NCBI GenBank assembly: GCA_963815195.1
Contig: CAWFGE010000018.1
Coordinates: 224,001 to 288,000, forward strand
Direction: 5' to 3'
Length of the DNA: 64,000 nt
DNA from: an uncultured Planctomycetaceae bacterium
GTDB lineage: Bacteria > Planctomycetota > Planctomycetia > Planctomycetales > Planctomycetaceae
Part shown: one piece after another, positions 30,164 through 42,972 of the stretch
Numbering within the stretch: the first letter of the stretch is position 1
How the letters are laid out: every line of letters starts with the position of its first letter
Notes under the pieces: model-generated
What the model saw: the letters and a program-made list of their open reading frames with translations, nothing else
Database searches by the model: none
What the model was told of the DNA's origin: nothing
Made by a program: the position numbers and the translations under genes

Positions 30164-30568
30164 TCACTTTTTCTTCCGCTCCTTGCGGGCTCGCTGTGCG
30201 AGTTCATCGATCAGCCCGCGCAGCAACTCCCGTTGCGACCCGGTGAGTCCTTCATGCTTGGCGGCATGCGTCAAAAGGGGCGCAATGGATCCTTCGCACA
30301 GGGTCTCGGCGACTTCGCTCAACCGGCGGTCGATCAGCTCTTCCCGATCCACCGCCGCGGTGAAAACGTGGACCATCTCGCTGCGGTCCCGCGTTACGCA
30401 ACCTTTGGCTTCCAATCGCTCCAGCAACTTCTTGACAGTGGCATATTGCGATTGGACATCGGCATACAGCCGCTCCGTCAACTGACGGATGGTGGCCGGT
30501 CCATGTTTCCAAAGCATTTGCATCACGGCCATTTCCGCATCGGTCACGTCCCGCGCCTTGCGTACCAT
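30164..30568 (-). CDS. BlaI/MecI/CopY family repressor
   Basis: TDAEMAVMQMLW...YATVKKLLERLEAKG. Directly upstream of the M56 gene. Confidence 0.92.
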   Translation of the reverse strand: MVRKARDVTDAEMAVMQMLWKHGPATIRQLTERLYADVQSQYATVKKLLERLEAKGCVTRDRSEMVHVFTAAVDREELIDRRLSEVAETLCEGSIAPLLTHAAKHEGLTGSQRELLRGLIDELAQRARKERKKK

Positions 30569-30663
30569 GGTGGTCTTCCCAGGACTGGAGGAAACAAAAA
30601 GTCGCGGCCAATACCTCCGGGCGAGAGGCTCCGAAGCGTGTGGCCCACCCAATGCATCAACTG

Positions 30664-30710
30664 TAGGACATTTTGTCCTAGGCATCAACCCCTAATAACG
30701 ACAAAATGTC
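30664..30710. promoter_or_regulatory. Candidate BlaI-family operators
   Basis: Perfect palindrome TAGGACA-TTT-TGTCCTA (30664-30680) and a second GACA-AAA-TGTC (30700-30710), upstream of the repressor gene. Confidence 0.6.
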
Positions 30711-30902
30711 TTTTTTGCGGTTCCCGCGGCAAAAACCGGACAAGCTGGTGAGGGGCATGCGGCGTCCCGCGACGTTTTTCGTGTCGGCGGATCGGATCAC
30801 GGTTTCGCTGCCGCCGTCGCCCCAGGCCATGCGGGACGTGAACGCCTCGGGGCAAAGCGGGGTCGGTAAGGGGCGGCCGCCAGCTACGGGGGAGATCTTT
30901 CG

Positions 30903-32990
<2,088 letters not shown>

Positions 32991-32992
32991 TT

Positions 32993-33124
32993 AACGCAAA
33001 GGCGCAAAGAGAAGACGCAAAGGCTGCAAAGGGATCGTCGAGGAAGGGGCGCGGCCGGAACTTCCTCGTTGGCTAAGACAAGAATCCTCACATTCTTCTT
33101 TCCGGCCTTTGCGTCTTTGCGTCA
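32993..33124. repeat. Degenerate inverted repeat (CGCAAAGGCGCAAAG ... CTTTGCGTCTTTGCG)
   Basis: AACGCAAAGGCGCAAAGAGAAGACGCAAAGG at ~32993 faces CCTTTGCGTCTTTGCGT at ~33106. Confidence 0.55.
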
Positions 33125-33189
33125 AAAAGGTCTTTCGATCGGCGAATGGGCTCGTTGTTTTTGGTATACGATACAAATGGCGCGTATTT

Positions 33190-33489
33190 TCAGGTTTTCT
33201 CAGAATTCTCCGAGGGCGTTTGGGAACCGCGGCGGGTTTGCAGGCGGTCGACGATCAGGGCCAATAAGCCCACGACCAGCGTGACCGCGACTTCCGCGGC
33301 GATCAAGCGGCCGGCGTGGGCGTTGAGGAACTTCGCGAGCGGGGCGGCGGGATCGCTGAAGATCACCGCGACCATCGCCAGGATCGTCACCACAAACACC
33401 GTGGCCGAGAACACGACCAGCGGAAAAAACGGGTTTCGTTTCGCTCCGGCTTTGGGGGAATTCTCAATCGGGGGAAGCTGCTCTTTCAT
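33190..33489 (-). CDS. Small two-TM membrane protein
   Basis: RNPFFPLVVFSATVFVVTILAMVAVIF and VAVTLVVGLLALIVDR hydrophobic helices. Start codon uncertain. Confidence 0.7.
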   Translation of the reverse strand: MKEQLPPIENSPKAGAKRNPFFPLVVFSATVFVVTILAMVAVIFSDPAAPLAKFLNAHAGRLIAAEVAVTLVVGLLALIVDRLQTRRGSQTPSENSEKT

Positions 33490-33861
33490 GTTTGGGAATT
33501 TTGATGTTTTCTTCGACCTCGGCGAACCCGCGGCGGATGCGTCGGTCTCATTTGAAGGACTTTTGATGCGAATGGATTTCATAAACATTCATCCCGCAAG
33601 AGAAAGTGTCGCGGCGGGGGACGAACGGTTTCGGAAGGATTATAAGCCGACTTTCCCCGGGATGCGAACATCCCGCCGGCTTTTGCGGTCGCTCCCGCTT
33701 CGCCTAGCCAATATGATAAGGTGAAGCGTTCAAACCACGAATGAAAACAAGACGACTGTCGTAGGATTTTGGTCATTGGGGTTTGGTCATTTTGGAAATC
33801 ACGGGGCTGACGCGGGCACCGACCGCAGGTAGGTCCGCTCGCCTTTTTTCTTTGAGAGTTC

Positions 33862-36800
33862 ATGTCCTTACCGCGTTTTAGTGTCGAGAACCGCGTCCTC
33901 GTGAATATGTTGATGCTCGTCATTCTGGTGGCGGGCGGGGCGTTTGCGTTGACCTTGGTGCGGGAGATGTTCCCCGAAAGCCGGCCCGACAAGCTGTCCG
34001 TGATGGTGATTTACCCGGCCGAGCAGCCGCAGGAAATCGAAAAGGCCGTCACCATCAAAATCGAGGAAGCCCTCCGGGACATCGACGCGATCGAGAAGAT
34101 CGATTCCACGATCGGCGAGGGGATCAGCAACACCGTCGTCACGCTCTACAACAGCGAAGACGACGTCGATTCGGTGATGCAGGAAGTCAAAATCGAAATC
34201 GACGCCATCGAGGACCTGCCCGACGAAATCGAGCAGATCACGCTCCGCAAGATGGAGCCCATGCTGCCTGTGATCAGCGTGGCGATCTTCGGCGGCGGCG
34301 ACGAGGCGGGGCTGAAGCGCTCCGCCCGCGAGATGCGGGACGACCTGTTGCTCCTCCCGGGGATCAGCAACGTGCAGCTCACCGGGACCCGCGATGATGA
34401 AATCAGCGTGGAGATCCGCCCGGCCCGGCTGCGGGAATACAACATCACGTTCGACGAGGTCGCCGAGGCGATCCGCCTGACGAACGTCGATGTCTCCGGC
34501 GGGCAGCTCAAAGGCAATCGCGCGAAGATTTCCGTCCGCACGCTCGGCGAGGAATCGGCGGGCCGGGATCTGGAAGACATCGTGGTGCGGACCGATCCCG
34601 ACGGCCGAAAGGTTTATCTCCGCGATGTGGCGGACATCCGCGACCGGTTCATCGAGACCGATCTGGAGTCCCGCTTCAACAGCCTGCCTTCGGTCAATTG
34701 CACCGTTTACAAGAACAGCAGCGAAGACGCGATCCAGATCGCCACGATGGTGCGGGCTTATGTGCGAGGCAAGCAGGGCGAGCCGATCGATCCCTTCGGA
34801 TTTCGCGAGGCCGAGGCGTCGGCGTGGTACGTCAAACCGTTCAAATACATTGGAGCGTTCGCGGCGAAGGCGCTCAACAAACTTTCCGGCCGGCCCAATC
34901 CGAACGATGTCTGGGCCAACAGCAGCCAGGCACCGTTCGAGCACCATTACCAGATCGCGATGCACAGCGATCTGTCGCGGTTCGTGGAAGGCCGGCTCGA
35001 TCTGCTGCTGCGGAACGGCAAGATGGGCCTCTTGCTGGTGCTGGTTTCGCTGAACCTGTTTCTCAACTGGCGGGTGGCGCTCTGGGCGGCGGTGGGGCTT
35101 CCCGTGGCGTTTCTGGGCACGTTTATCGTGATGTATTTCCTGGGTTCGACGATTAACCTGCTCTCGATGTTCGGGCTGATTATCGTGTTGGGGATCGTCG
35201 TGGATGATGCGATCGTGATCGGGGAGAACATCTTCCGGCACGTCGAAGAGGGAATGCCTTCCGAGAAGGCCGCGGTCTATGGGGCGGAGGAAGTCATGTG
35301 GCCGGTGGTGATCGCCGTCGCCACGACCATCGCCGCGTTCGCGCCACTGTTATTCATCAAGGGGCAGATCGGGGACTTCATGAAGGAGCTGCCGATCGTC
35401 GTGGTGGCGGCGCTCTCGGTCTCGCTCTTGGAAGCCTTGCTGATTCTGCCCTCGCACCTCAGCCATCTGCCGCGAAAGAAAATCCGCGAAGAAACCGCCG
35501 CCGAGAACGGAAACCCGGGCCGGCACGGCTGGTACACCCGCTTCGCGATCCGGCGGGACCGCTTCGTGCATGGGGTGTTGATGACGAACTACGAACGGTT
35601 TTTGCGGTTCTCGATGCGCTGGCGGTACGTGACCATCGGCATCGCCGCGGGGTCGCTGCTCTTGGCCTTGGGCATGGTCGTCGGGGGGATTGTGAAGTGG
35701 GAGTTCCTCCAGAAGATGGACAGCGAAACCATCATGGCCAACCTGGAGATGCCCGTGGGCACGCCTGCCGATCTGGTCCGCGACCGGCTGCAAACGCTGA
35801 GCGATGAAGCCGTCAAATTGCCCGAAGTCAAAAACGTGCAGATGATCGTGGCCCGGCAATACGACCTGGCGGGAGCCGGGGCCGTGGGCACGAGCGACCA
35901 GTCGCATCTGGGGCAGCTCATCATCGAGCTCGAGCCGGCCGACGAGCGGGAAACGAAAGGCCTGCGTTCGAGCACCGCCGTGATGCAAGAGCTGCGGGAG
36001 GTCTCGCAGAAGCTGCCGGGGATCAATTCGGTCGCGTGGGAGGAACTCAACGGCGGGCCGGGCGGCAAGGACATCGAACTGCGGATCAGCGGGAACGATT
36101 TTGACGAGATCATCGCCGTCGCCGAACAGCTCAAAGCCCATCTGCGAAACTACACGGGGGTGGTCGATCTCGATGACAACTTCGACAGCGGGCTGCGGGA
36201 AGTCCGATTGAAGTTAAGGGAGACGGCCGAACCGACGGGCCTTACCGTGGGCGAGCTGGGGCAGCAGGTTCGCTCGGCGATCTACGGCCGGGAAGCCCGC
36301 CGAATCACTCGCAACCGCGAAGACGTCAAAATCATGGTTCGCTACCCCGAGGAGTTCCGCAAGAACCTCTATCACCTGGATTCCATGTGGATTCCCGTGG
36401 GCCTCGGCCCGGACCGGCATTGGGTGCCGTTGGGCGAAGTCGCGGAACTCACCGAGGCCCGCAGCTATGCCACCATCCACCGCAGCCAGCAGCAGCGGTC
36501 GATCAGCGTCTTAGGCGATGTCGATCACGAAGTCGCCAGCAGCGACGACATTTTGAGCCAGGTCCGCGCGGAGTTCGTTCCGCGGATGGCCCAAGAGCAC
36601 CCCGGCATTCGCATCGAGTTTCTAGGCAGTGCCGAGGAGCAGGCCAAGTCCTTCAGCAGCCTGAAGATGGCGTTGCCCGTGGCGCTTCTGATGATCTATA
36701 CCCTCCTCACCGGGCTGTTTCGCTCTTATGTGCAGCCGGTGGTCGTGATGTCCGCGATCCCGTTTGGATTCCTGGGCGCGGTGGTCGGGCATTGGGTCAC

Positions 36801-37308
36801 GGGCAATCCGATGACGATCATGAGCATGATCGGGATGGTGGCACTCACGGGGATTCTCGTCAACGATTCGCTGGTGCTCGTGGACTTCATCAACACCCGC
36901 ATCCGCGCCGGCCGGAGCGAATTGGAAGCGAGCGTCGAAGGGGCCAAGCTCCGCCTGCGGGCGATCCTGCTCACCACGGCCACCACCGTCGCGGGGCTGT
37001 TGCCTTTGATGTTTGAAACCAGCTTTCAGGCCAAGTTCTTGATCCCGATGGCCGTGACGCTAACCTTCGGCTTGATGTTCGCGACCGCGCTCACGTTGCT
37101 GATCGTGCCCTGTTTGAACATGATTTTCTTCGACATCCGCAACCTGTTCGGCAGCGACACGGGCGGCAGCGAAACTCCCGCGACGCCCGCCCAACCGAGT
37201 CAACCGGCACCCGAGCCCGCCGCCGAGGAAGCCCAAGAACCCAACCGCCATTTCAACCCACAGATTGTGGTGAAGACCCTTAAAAAGAGGAACGCGAATT
37301 TACGCTAA
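33862..37308 (+). CDS. RND efflux permease (stand-alone)
   Basis: [25 protein letters not shown] and RLRAILLTT. Two-repeat 12-TM layout. Confidence 0.92.
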   Translation: MSLPRFSVENRVLVNMLMLVILVAGGAFALTLVREMFPESRPDKLSVMVIYPAEQPQEIEKAVTIKIEEALRDIDAIEKIDSTIGEGISNTVVTLYNSEDDVDSVMQEVKIEIDAIEDLPDEIEQITLRKMEPMLPVISVAIFGGGDEAGLKRSAREMRDDLLLLPGISNVQLTGTRDDEISVEIRPARLREYNITFDEVAEAIRLTNVDVSGGQLKGNRAKISVRTLGEESAGRDLEDIVVRTDPDGRKVYLRDVADIRDRFIETDLESRFNSLPSVNCTVYKNSSEDAIQIATMVRAYVRGKQGEPIDPFGFREAEASAWYVKPFKYIGAFAAKALNKLSGRPNPNDVWANSSQAPFEHHYQIAMHSDLSRFVEGRLDLLLRNGKMGLLLVLVSLNLFLNWRVALWAAVGLPVAFLGTFIVMYFLGSTINLLSMFGLIIVLGIVVDDAIVIGENIFRHVEEGMPSEKAAVYGAEEVMWPVVIAVATTIAAFAPLLFIKGQIGDFMKELPIVVVAALSVSLLEALLILPSHLSHLPRKKIREETAAENGNPGRHGWYTRFAIRRDRFVHGVLMTNYERFLRFSMRWRYVTIGIAAGSLLLALGMVVGGIVKWEFLQKMDSETIMANLEMPVGTPADLVRDRLQTLSDEAVKLPEVKNVQMIVARQYDLAGAGAVGTSDQSHLGQLIIELEPADERETKGLRSSTAVMQELREVSQKLPGINSVAWEELNGGPGGKDIELRISGNDFDEIIAVAEQLKAHLRNYTGVVDLDDNFDSGLREVRLKLRETAEPTGLTVGELGQQVRSAIYGREARRITRNREDVKIMVRYPEEFRKNLYHLDSMWIPVGLGPDRHWVPLGEVAELTEARSYATIHRSQQQRSISVLGDVDHEVASSDDILSQVRAEFVPRMAQEHPGIRIEFLGSAEEQAKSFSSLKMALPVALLMIYTLLTGLFRSYVQPVVVMSAIPFGFLGAVVGHWVTGNPMTIMSMIGMVALTGILVNDSLVLVDFINTRIRAGRSELEASVEGAKLRLRAILLTTATTVAGLLPLMFETSFQAKFLIPMAVTLTFGLMFATALTLLIVPCLNMIFFDIRNLFGSDTGGSETPATPAQPSQPAPEPAAEEAQEPNRHFNPQIVVKTLKKRNANLR

Positions 37309-37375
37309 TCTTCGCTAATTCAAAGGCTCTGCTTTGCCTGTTTCACTGTTTAGTGCCCGCCGTTTTGGATGTCCT

Positions 37376-38806
37376 ATGAAACACGTTCCTCCCATTCCAC
37401 CCGCCAGTCGCAGAGATTTTTTGTACGGCCTCGGTGCGACGTTGGGCACGGTGGCGTTTCGTGCGATTTTGCAAAGTGAGAAAACCGCGCGGGCGGCGGG
37501 GGACTCGGGGGGGCCTTTGGCTGTTAAGCCGCCGCATCTTTCGCCCAAGGCGAGGAACTGTATCTTTCTGTTTTTGGAAGGCGGGCCGAGCCATATTGAC
37601 ACCTTCGACCCCAAGCCGAAGTTGGCGGACCTGCACGGGAAGAAGTTCGAGCGGCAGGACAAGTTCGCGTCCGCGATGGCCAGCGGCACCCGGTATTATG
37701 TGAAAAGTCCCTTCGAGTTTCGCAAAGCCGGCCGAAGCGGATTGCCGATGAGCGAACCGTTCGAGCATCTGCCGACGGTGGCCGACGAGTTGTGCATTTA
37801 TCATGGGCTCGAGGCCGAGTCGATCAATCATCCGACGGCGTGTTACCACATCAACACCGGCAACCGCTTCGGCGGCGACCCGGCGATGGGGGCTTGGGTG
37901 ACCTATGGCTTGGGGTCCCCCAATCAAAACCTGCCGGGCTTCGTCGTGCTGCCGGAGGCCGCCTATCCGCAAGGCGGGGCCGCGAACTGGTCGAACGGTT
38001 TTCTGCCCGCGTACTACCAGGGCACGGCTCTTCGTCCCACCGGTTCGCCCATTCTCGATCTGGAACCCGCCGACCACAAACCCCGCGACATGCAGCGGAC
38101 CAACCTGGATTTGCTTTCCGCCTTGAATGCGGACCATCAAAACGAGCATCCGCATCACGAAGAACTCGCCGCCCGGATGGAAGCCTATGAGTTGGCGTTC
38201 CGCATGCAGGCCCAGGTGCCAACGTTATTGGATCTCTCCCGCGAATCGGCGAAGACCCGCGAGCAATACGGCGTCGGCGGAAAACTCACCGACGAGTTCG
38301 CACGCAAATGCCTCCTCGCCCGGCGGCTGATCGAAGACGGCGTGCGGTTCGTGCAGGTTTTTAGCGGCGGCTGGGATTCGCACGATTACATCGAACGCTC
38401 CCACCGGGCGAGGATTCAAAGCATCGACCAACCCGTGGCGGCTCTCGTTTCCGACCTGCGGGAGCGGGGGTTGCTCGATGAGACGCTCGTGGTGATGTGC
38501 GGCGAGTTCGGGCGGTCTCCCGATAACGGTTTGCGGGGCGGCGGCATGGCCTATGGGCGCGATCATAACGCGAAAGCGATGTTCGCGGTGCTCGCGGGCG
38601 GCGGCGTGAAAGCCGGCGTTTCCGTGGGCGCGACCGACGACATCGGAGCGGCCGCGGTCGAGACCGTGCGGCCCATCAAAGATTTTCACGTCACGCTGTT
38701 AAAACTCCTGGGCCTCGACGACAACCGCTTGACCTACTTCCACGCGGGCCGCTTCAAGCAACTCTCCCAGACCGGCGGGAAAGTCATTCAGGAACTCATC
38801 GCCTGA
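37376..38806 (+). CDS. DUF1501 domain protein (Tat signal)
   Basis: SRRDFL Tat motif, FLEGGPSHIDTFDPKP, CLLARRLIEDGVRFVQ, WDSH, GEFGRSP and GRDHN. Confidence 0.92.
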   Translation: MKHVPPIPPASRRDFLYGLGATLGTVAFRAILQSEKTARAAGDSGGPLAVKPPHLSPKARNCIFLFLEGGPSHIDTFDPKPKLADLHGKKFERQDKFASAMASGTRYYVKSPFEFRKAGRSGLPMSEPFEHLPTVADELCIYHGLEAESINHPTACYHINTGNRFGGDPAMGAWVTYGLGSPNQNLPGFVVLPEAAYPQGGAANWSNGFLPAYYQGTALRPTGSPILDLEPADHKPRDMQRTNLDLLSALNADHQNEHPHHEELAARMEAYELAFRMQAQVPTLLDLSRESAKTREQYGVGGKLTDEFARKCLLARRLIEDGVRFVQVFSGGWDSHDYIERSHRARIQSIDQPVAALVSDLRERGLLDETLVVMCGEFGRSPDNGLRGGGMAYGRDHNAKAMFAVLAGGGVKAGVSVGATDDIGAAAVETVRPIKDFHVTLLKLLGLDDNRLTYFHAGRFKQLSQTGGKVIQELIA

Positions 38807-38861
38807 GATCAAAACCGGCGGCTAGCGCAGTGCCGCTCAGTTTGGCGGCAGGACGCCGCCG

Positions 38862-40031
38862 CTACATTGCGAAATCTTCGTGGAGAATTCGCAGATAGCT
38901 TTCGTAGCGGGAGACGAAGATCAAGCCGTCTTCCACCGCGTGTTTGACGGCGCAGCCTTCTTCGTGATCGTGGGTGCAATCGGGGAATTTGCAGTAGGCG
39001 ATGAACGGGCGGAATTCGATGAAGTAGGCCTCGACTTCTTCGGGAATCACGTCCCACAAGGCGAACTGCCGGATGCCCGGCGTGTCCACGACCCAGCCGC
39101 CGAACTCCAAATCGTGCAAGATGGCCCGGCGGGTGGTGTGGCGGCCTTTGCGGGTCCAATCGCTGACCTGGGCCGTCTTCAGATTGAGGCCCGGCTGCAG
39201 GGCGTTTAACAGGGACGATTTTCCCACGCCGCTTTGCCCCGCGAACACCGATTGCTGATCTTTGAGGAGTCTCCGCAAGGGATCGATGCCCCGCCCCGTC
39301 CGGCCGCTGGTCGCCAGGACTTGATAGCCCATGCGGGCATACATTCCGAGCACCGGCTGCAAGTCGGCGAGGTCGATCAAGTCGGTCTTATTAATGCAAA
39401 CAATCGCCCGCACGCCGCCTTTCTCGGCACTCACCAGAAAGCGGTCGATGAGGTGCGGCTTTAAGGGCGGGTCGGCGGCGGAGACGACGATTACCACCTG
39501 GTCCACATTCGCGACGATGATGTGCTCGCGGTGCTGGCTCACGCGGGAGATAATGCCTTCGCGGGGTTCCACGCGTTCGATGACGCCCTGCTCCAAACCG
39601 CTGGGCAGTACCTGTCCCGTGGGCAAAAACCAGACGCGGTCGCCGGTGACCACAACGTTTCGGGCGTCGCGGGCCAGAGTGCGAACGACCCGCCGGACGC
39701 TGCATTCGTATTTCACGCCCCCCGCGGTTTGCACGATGGTGTTGAGCCCCGCGGCGGCGACGACTCGCCCGGCGAGGCATTTTTCTTCATCAATTTCGCG
39801 GAGGACCTCGTCGCCTCCTTCGCTCTGTTCGCCGATGATCGTGCGGTAGCGGGTGAGGTCGCCTTTCCCGGACAGCCGTTCGTGCTTGGACAGCGCGTCC
39901 GTATCGCCGGTTTCCAAGAGCCTGTCTTTTAGAACCTCCCGCGTGAGATCGTTTCGGCGGGCGCGTTTCTCGCGGTTCTTCTTGAACGCCACGCGGTGTT
40001 TCTGTTTGGACCGCTTTTTGTTTTTCGCCAC
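38862..40031 (-). CDS. rsgA: Ribosome small subunit-dependent GTPase A
   Basis: OB fold, circularly permuted GTPase (NKTD, GQSGVGKS, GRHTT, DTPGIR) and zinc motif CKFPDCTHDHEEGC. GTG start inferred. Confidence 0.93.
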   Translation of the reverse strand: MAKNKKRSKQKHRVAFKKNREKRARRNDLTREVLKDRLLETGDTDALSKHERLSGKGDLTRYRTIIGEQSEGGDEVLREIDEEKCLAGRVVAAAGLNTIVQTAGGVKYECSVRRVVRTLARDARNVVVTGDRVWFLPTGQVLPSGLEQGVIERVEPREGIISRVSQHREHIIVANVDQVVIVVSAADPPLKPHLIDRFLVSAEKGGVRAIVCINKTDLIDLADLQPVLGMYARMGYQVLATSGRTGRGIDPLRRLLKDQQSVFAGQSGVGKSSLLNALQPGLNLKTAQVSDWTRKGRHTTRRAILHDLEFGGWVVDTPGIRQFALWDVIPEEVEAYFIEFRPFIAYCKFPDCTHDHEEGCAVKHAVEDGLIFVSRYESYLRILHEDFAM

Positions 40032-40033
40032 GG

Positions 40034-40540
40034 TCAATCCGACTCGTTGAGCCATTTCATGGCGAGATCCTCGTCCTCATCGCTCGGCTGTGCCGAACCC
40101 GGCGGCTCGGCGGTTTCCGTTTCGTTCTGCTGGGGGTCGGATTTCTTGGGGTGCCGTTTGCGCAGACGGTCTTCGCGTTTGGCGAGTCCGGCTTTCTCCA
40201 TCAGACTCATCGCGAAGGCATCCTCTTCCACGGGCGGCGGGGCGCTGGGGTCGGGTTGATAATGAATCTCGAAACGGTGCTTCGCGATGGACACCACGTC
40301 GCCGGGCATCAGCCATTTGGAATCGCAGCGCTCGTCGTTGACTTTGATTCCGTTTCGGCTGTTGAGATCGCGGATCTCCCAATAGCCGTTCTTAAACACG
40401 AGTTCGCAGTGCTGCGAGGAGATATTCGGAAAGGCTAACGTAATGTCGCAACGGTCCCGCCGACCGATCACCAGCGCGGGCTTGAGCAAGGGGATCGGAT
40501 CGCCGCCGCCACAGGGGATGAGTTCGCCCAGCATCGACAT
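40034..40540 (-). CDS. FHA domain protein
   Basis: IGRR...ISSQHC...DLNSRNGIKVN FHA signature. Confidence 0.9.
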   Translation of the reverse strand: MSMLGELIPCGGGDPIPLLKPALVIGRRDRCDITLAFPNISSQHCELVFKNGYWEIRDLNSRNGIKVNDERCDSKWLMPGDVVSIAKHRFEIHYQPDPSAPPPVEEDAFAMSLMEKAGLAKREDRLRKRHPKKSDPQQNETETAEPPGSAQPSDEDEDLAMKWLNESD

Positions 40541-40801
40541 GAAATCCTCCGGAAAGGGTCCGCGATTTTCCTTCACCCGAGAGGCCCGCCTGCGGGGAAA
40601 GAAGCCAAAAAGATCAGGTTTTGCCAAGGAAGTGGGGGTACAAACGCCGGAAGGCGACGCTCTCCAAACAATCTACCGCCCCGGATCTGCTCCGTCAATC
40701 GGGGGATTTTCTTGGAATGGACTTTTAGCCGGCTCGGCGGGGATTGTGACAATTCCGCGGAAAGACAGCAAAAAGTCCTTCGATTCCCTGTCGGATCCAG
40801 T

Positions 40802-40830
40802 TTGACCTGTTTCTCGCGTCAATTTAGAAT
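40802..40830 (+). promoter_or_regulatory. sigma70-type promoter for the ArsM-like gene
   Basis: TTGACC, 17-nt spacer, TAGAAT. Confidence 0.55.
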
Positions 40831-40871
40831 CCTCACTGGATTATACGCCAATTCGACGGGAGACACCAAAC

Positions 40872-42075
40872 GTGACGCCTTCATCCGCTTCGCTTGATTC
40901 CACGAAAACGCCCGCCGCGACCTTGAACGTGGACGCCGCCGTGCGGGACCGCTACAGCCGGGCCGCCCAGCGAACCGAGCCCGAACTCTGCTGCCCCATC
41001 ACCTACAACGCGGACTATCTCAAAGCCTTGCCCCAGGAAATCCTGGAGCGCAGATTACGGTTGCGGGGATCCGTCCCGGCACGTGGGCGAAGGCGATGTG
41101 GTTTTGGATCTGGGATCGGGCGGCGGGAAGATTTGCTACATCGCCGCGCAAAAGGTCGGTCCAAAAGGCCGCGTCATCGGCGTGGACTGTAACGAGGACA
41201 TGCTCGCGCTCGCCCGGAAATACCAAGGGGAGATGGCGGAAAAAATCGGCCATCCCAATGTCTCGTTCCGCAAAGGTCGGATACAAGACCTGGCCCTCGA
41301 TCTCGAAGAGTTCGAAAGCTATCTGCGCGAAAACCCCATTGGCACGAGTGCCGATTGGCTCAAGGCCGAGGAACACGCGAATCGGCTGCGGGAAACCTCC
41401 CCGATGATCGCCGACGCCTCGGTGGATGTGATCGTCTCCAACTGCGTGTTGAACCTCGTCCGCCCCGAAGACCGCGTGGCGCTATTTTCCGAAATGTATC
41501 GGGTCCTCAAACGCGGCGGCCGGGCCGTCATCAGCGACATCGTCTGCGATGAGATCGTCCCCGAGCATCTCCGCCGCGATCCGGCGCTTTGGAGCGGCTG
41601 CCTGAGCGGAGCGTTTCACGAGGAGGAATTCCTCAAAGCCTTCGAGGACGCGGGGTTCTATGGGATGGAACTCGTGGATCGCCAAACCAAACCTTGGACC
41701 GTGGTCGAAGGCATCGAGTTCCGGAGCCTCACCGTCAGGGCCTGGAAAGGCAAAGACGGCCCCTGCCTCGAACGCAAGCAAGCCGTGATCTACAACGGCC
41801 CCTGGAAAGCGGTGATCGACGATGACGGGCACAAGCTGATCCGCGGCGAACGGATGGCCGTGTGCGATAAAACCTTCAACCTCTACACCAAACCGCCTTA
41901 CGCCGATGCGATCACGCCGATCCCGCCGGCGGAGGAAATCCCGCTCGCCGAGGCCAAGCCCTTCGATTGCCACGGCAGCCCCAAGCGATCGCCCCGCGAA
42001 ACCAAAAACCGCGCGGCGAATTTGACGATCCTTTCCGCAGGCGATTGCTGCGAGCCCGCAGGCTGCTGCGAGTGA
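40872..42075 (+). CDS. Arsenite methyltransferase-like SAM-dependent methyltransferase, frameshift near 41051
   Basis: LCCP, ERDYGCGDP (restored by removing one A), VLDLGSGGG, VSNCVLNL, WSGCLSGA and C-terminal CC...CC. Confidence 0.8.
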
Positions 42076-42120
42076 TCGGAAACCGAATGCAACGACAGAT
42101 TCTAAATCAACTCGAATTGC

Positions 42121-42619
42121 AACCGGTTGGGTGGCTGGGGCGCAGAGTCCTCTATGAATAAAGTGAGGCAAGCGAATCCTGGGGCGATGGACGCGAGAGA
42201 AACAACTCCCATGGCCCCAGCGTTCCGGTTGGGTGGCTGGGGCAGATTCCTCTATGAATAAAGTGAGGCAAGCGAATCCTGGGGCGATGGACGCGAGAGA
42301 AACAACTCCCATGGCCCCAGCGTTCGAAACGCATTTTTCGCGTGATCCATTCCTTTGCGCCCCAGCCACCCTCACTCTTACAGTTTGAGTAATAAAGACA
42401 CACAAGAACCGGGGCTAGCGCCCTGCGGCTAATAAACTGTAACCGGTTGGGTGGCTGGGGCGCAGAGTCCTCTATGAATAAAATGAGGCAAGCGAATCCT
42501 GGGGCGATGGACGCGAGAGAAACAACGCCCATGGCCCCAGCGTTCGGAACGCATTTTTCGCTTGATCCATTCCTTTGCGCCCCAGCCACCCTCACCCCCC
42601 CTTACTCTTAGAGTTTGAG
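42121..42619. repeat. Tandem cluster of the ~143-bp REPIN/MITE-like element (one truncated and two full copies)
   Basis: Near-identical units at 42129-42224 (truncated), 42231-42371 and 42449-42591. Each full copy is followed by TA(C/G)AGTTTGAG. Confidence 0.88.
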
Positions 42620-42627
42620 TTAAAACC

Positions 42628-42969
42628 ATGCGATTGTTCGAGGGCACGAAGTGGGACCGGCCGCCGCGCTGCGAAGTCTGCGGCGAGTTGGAAGAGGAAT
42701 GCACCTGCCCGCCGCCGGTGGCTCCCAAAATCCCGCCCGAAAAACAGACCGCCCAACTTGCAATCGAGAAGCGCAAAAGAGGCAAGATCGTCACCGTCGT
42801 CCGGGGCCTCCCCGCCGAAGGCAACGACCTGCCGGCCTTGCTTGCGGAACTCAAAACCGCCTGCGGCGCGGGCGGCACGATCAAAGACGACGCCCTCGAA
42901 ATCCAAGGCAAGCACCTGGACCGCATCCGCGAGCACCTCACGCAACTCGGCTACCGCACCCAAGGTTGA
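42628..42969 (+). CDS. yciH: SUI1/YciH family translation initiation factor
   Basis: EKRKRGKIVTVVRGL, LKTACGAGGT and LEIQG, plus N-terminal CEVC...CTC. Confidence 0.85.
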   Translation: MRLFEGTKWDRPPRCEVCGELEEECTCPPPVAPKIPPEKQTAQLAIEKRKRGKIVTVVRGLPAEGNDLPALLAELKTACGAGGTIKDDALEIQGKHLDRIREHLTQLGYRTQG

Positions 42970-42972
42970 TTT

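Noticed and set aside
42121..42619. CRISPR array
   Set aside because: Units are 100-143 bp and near-identical throughout, with no unique spacers and no cas genes.
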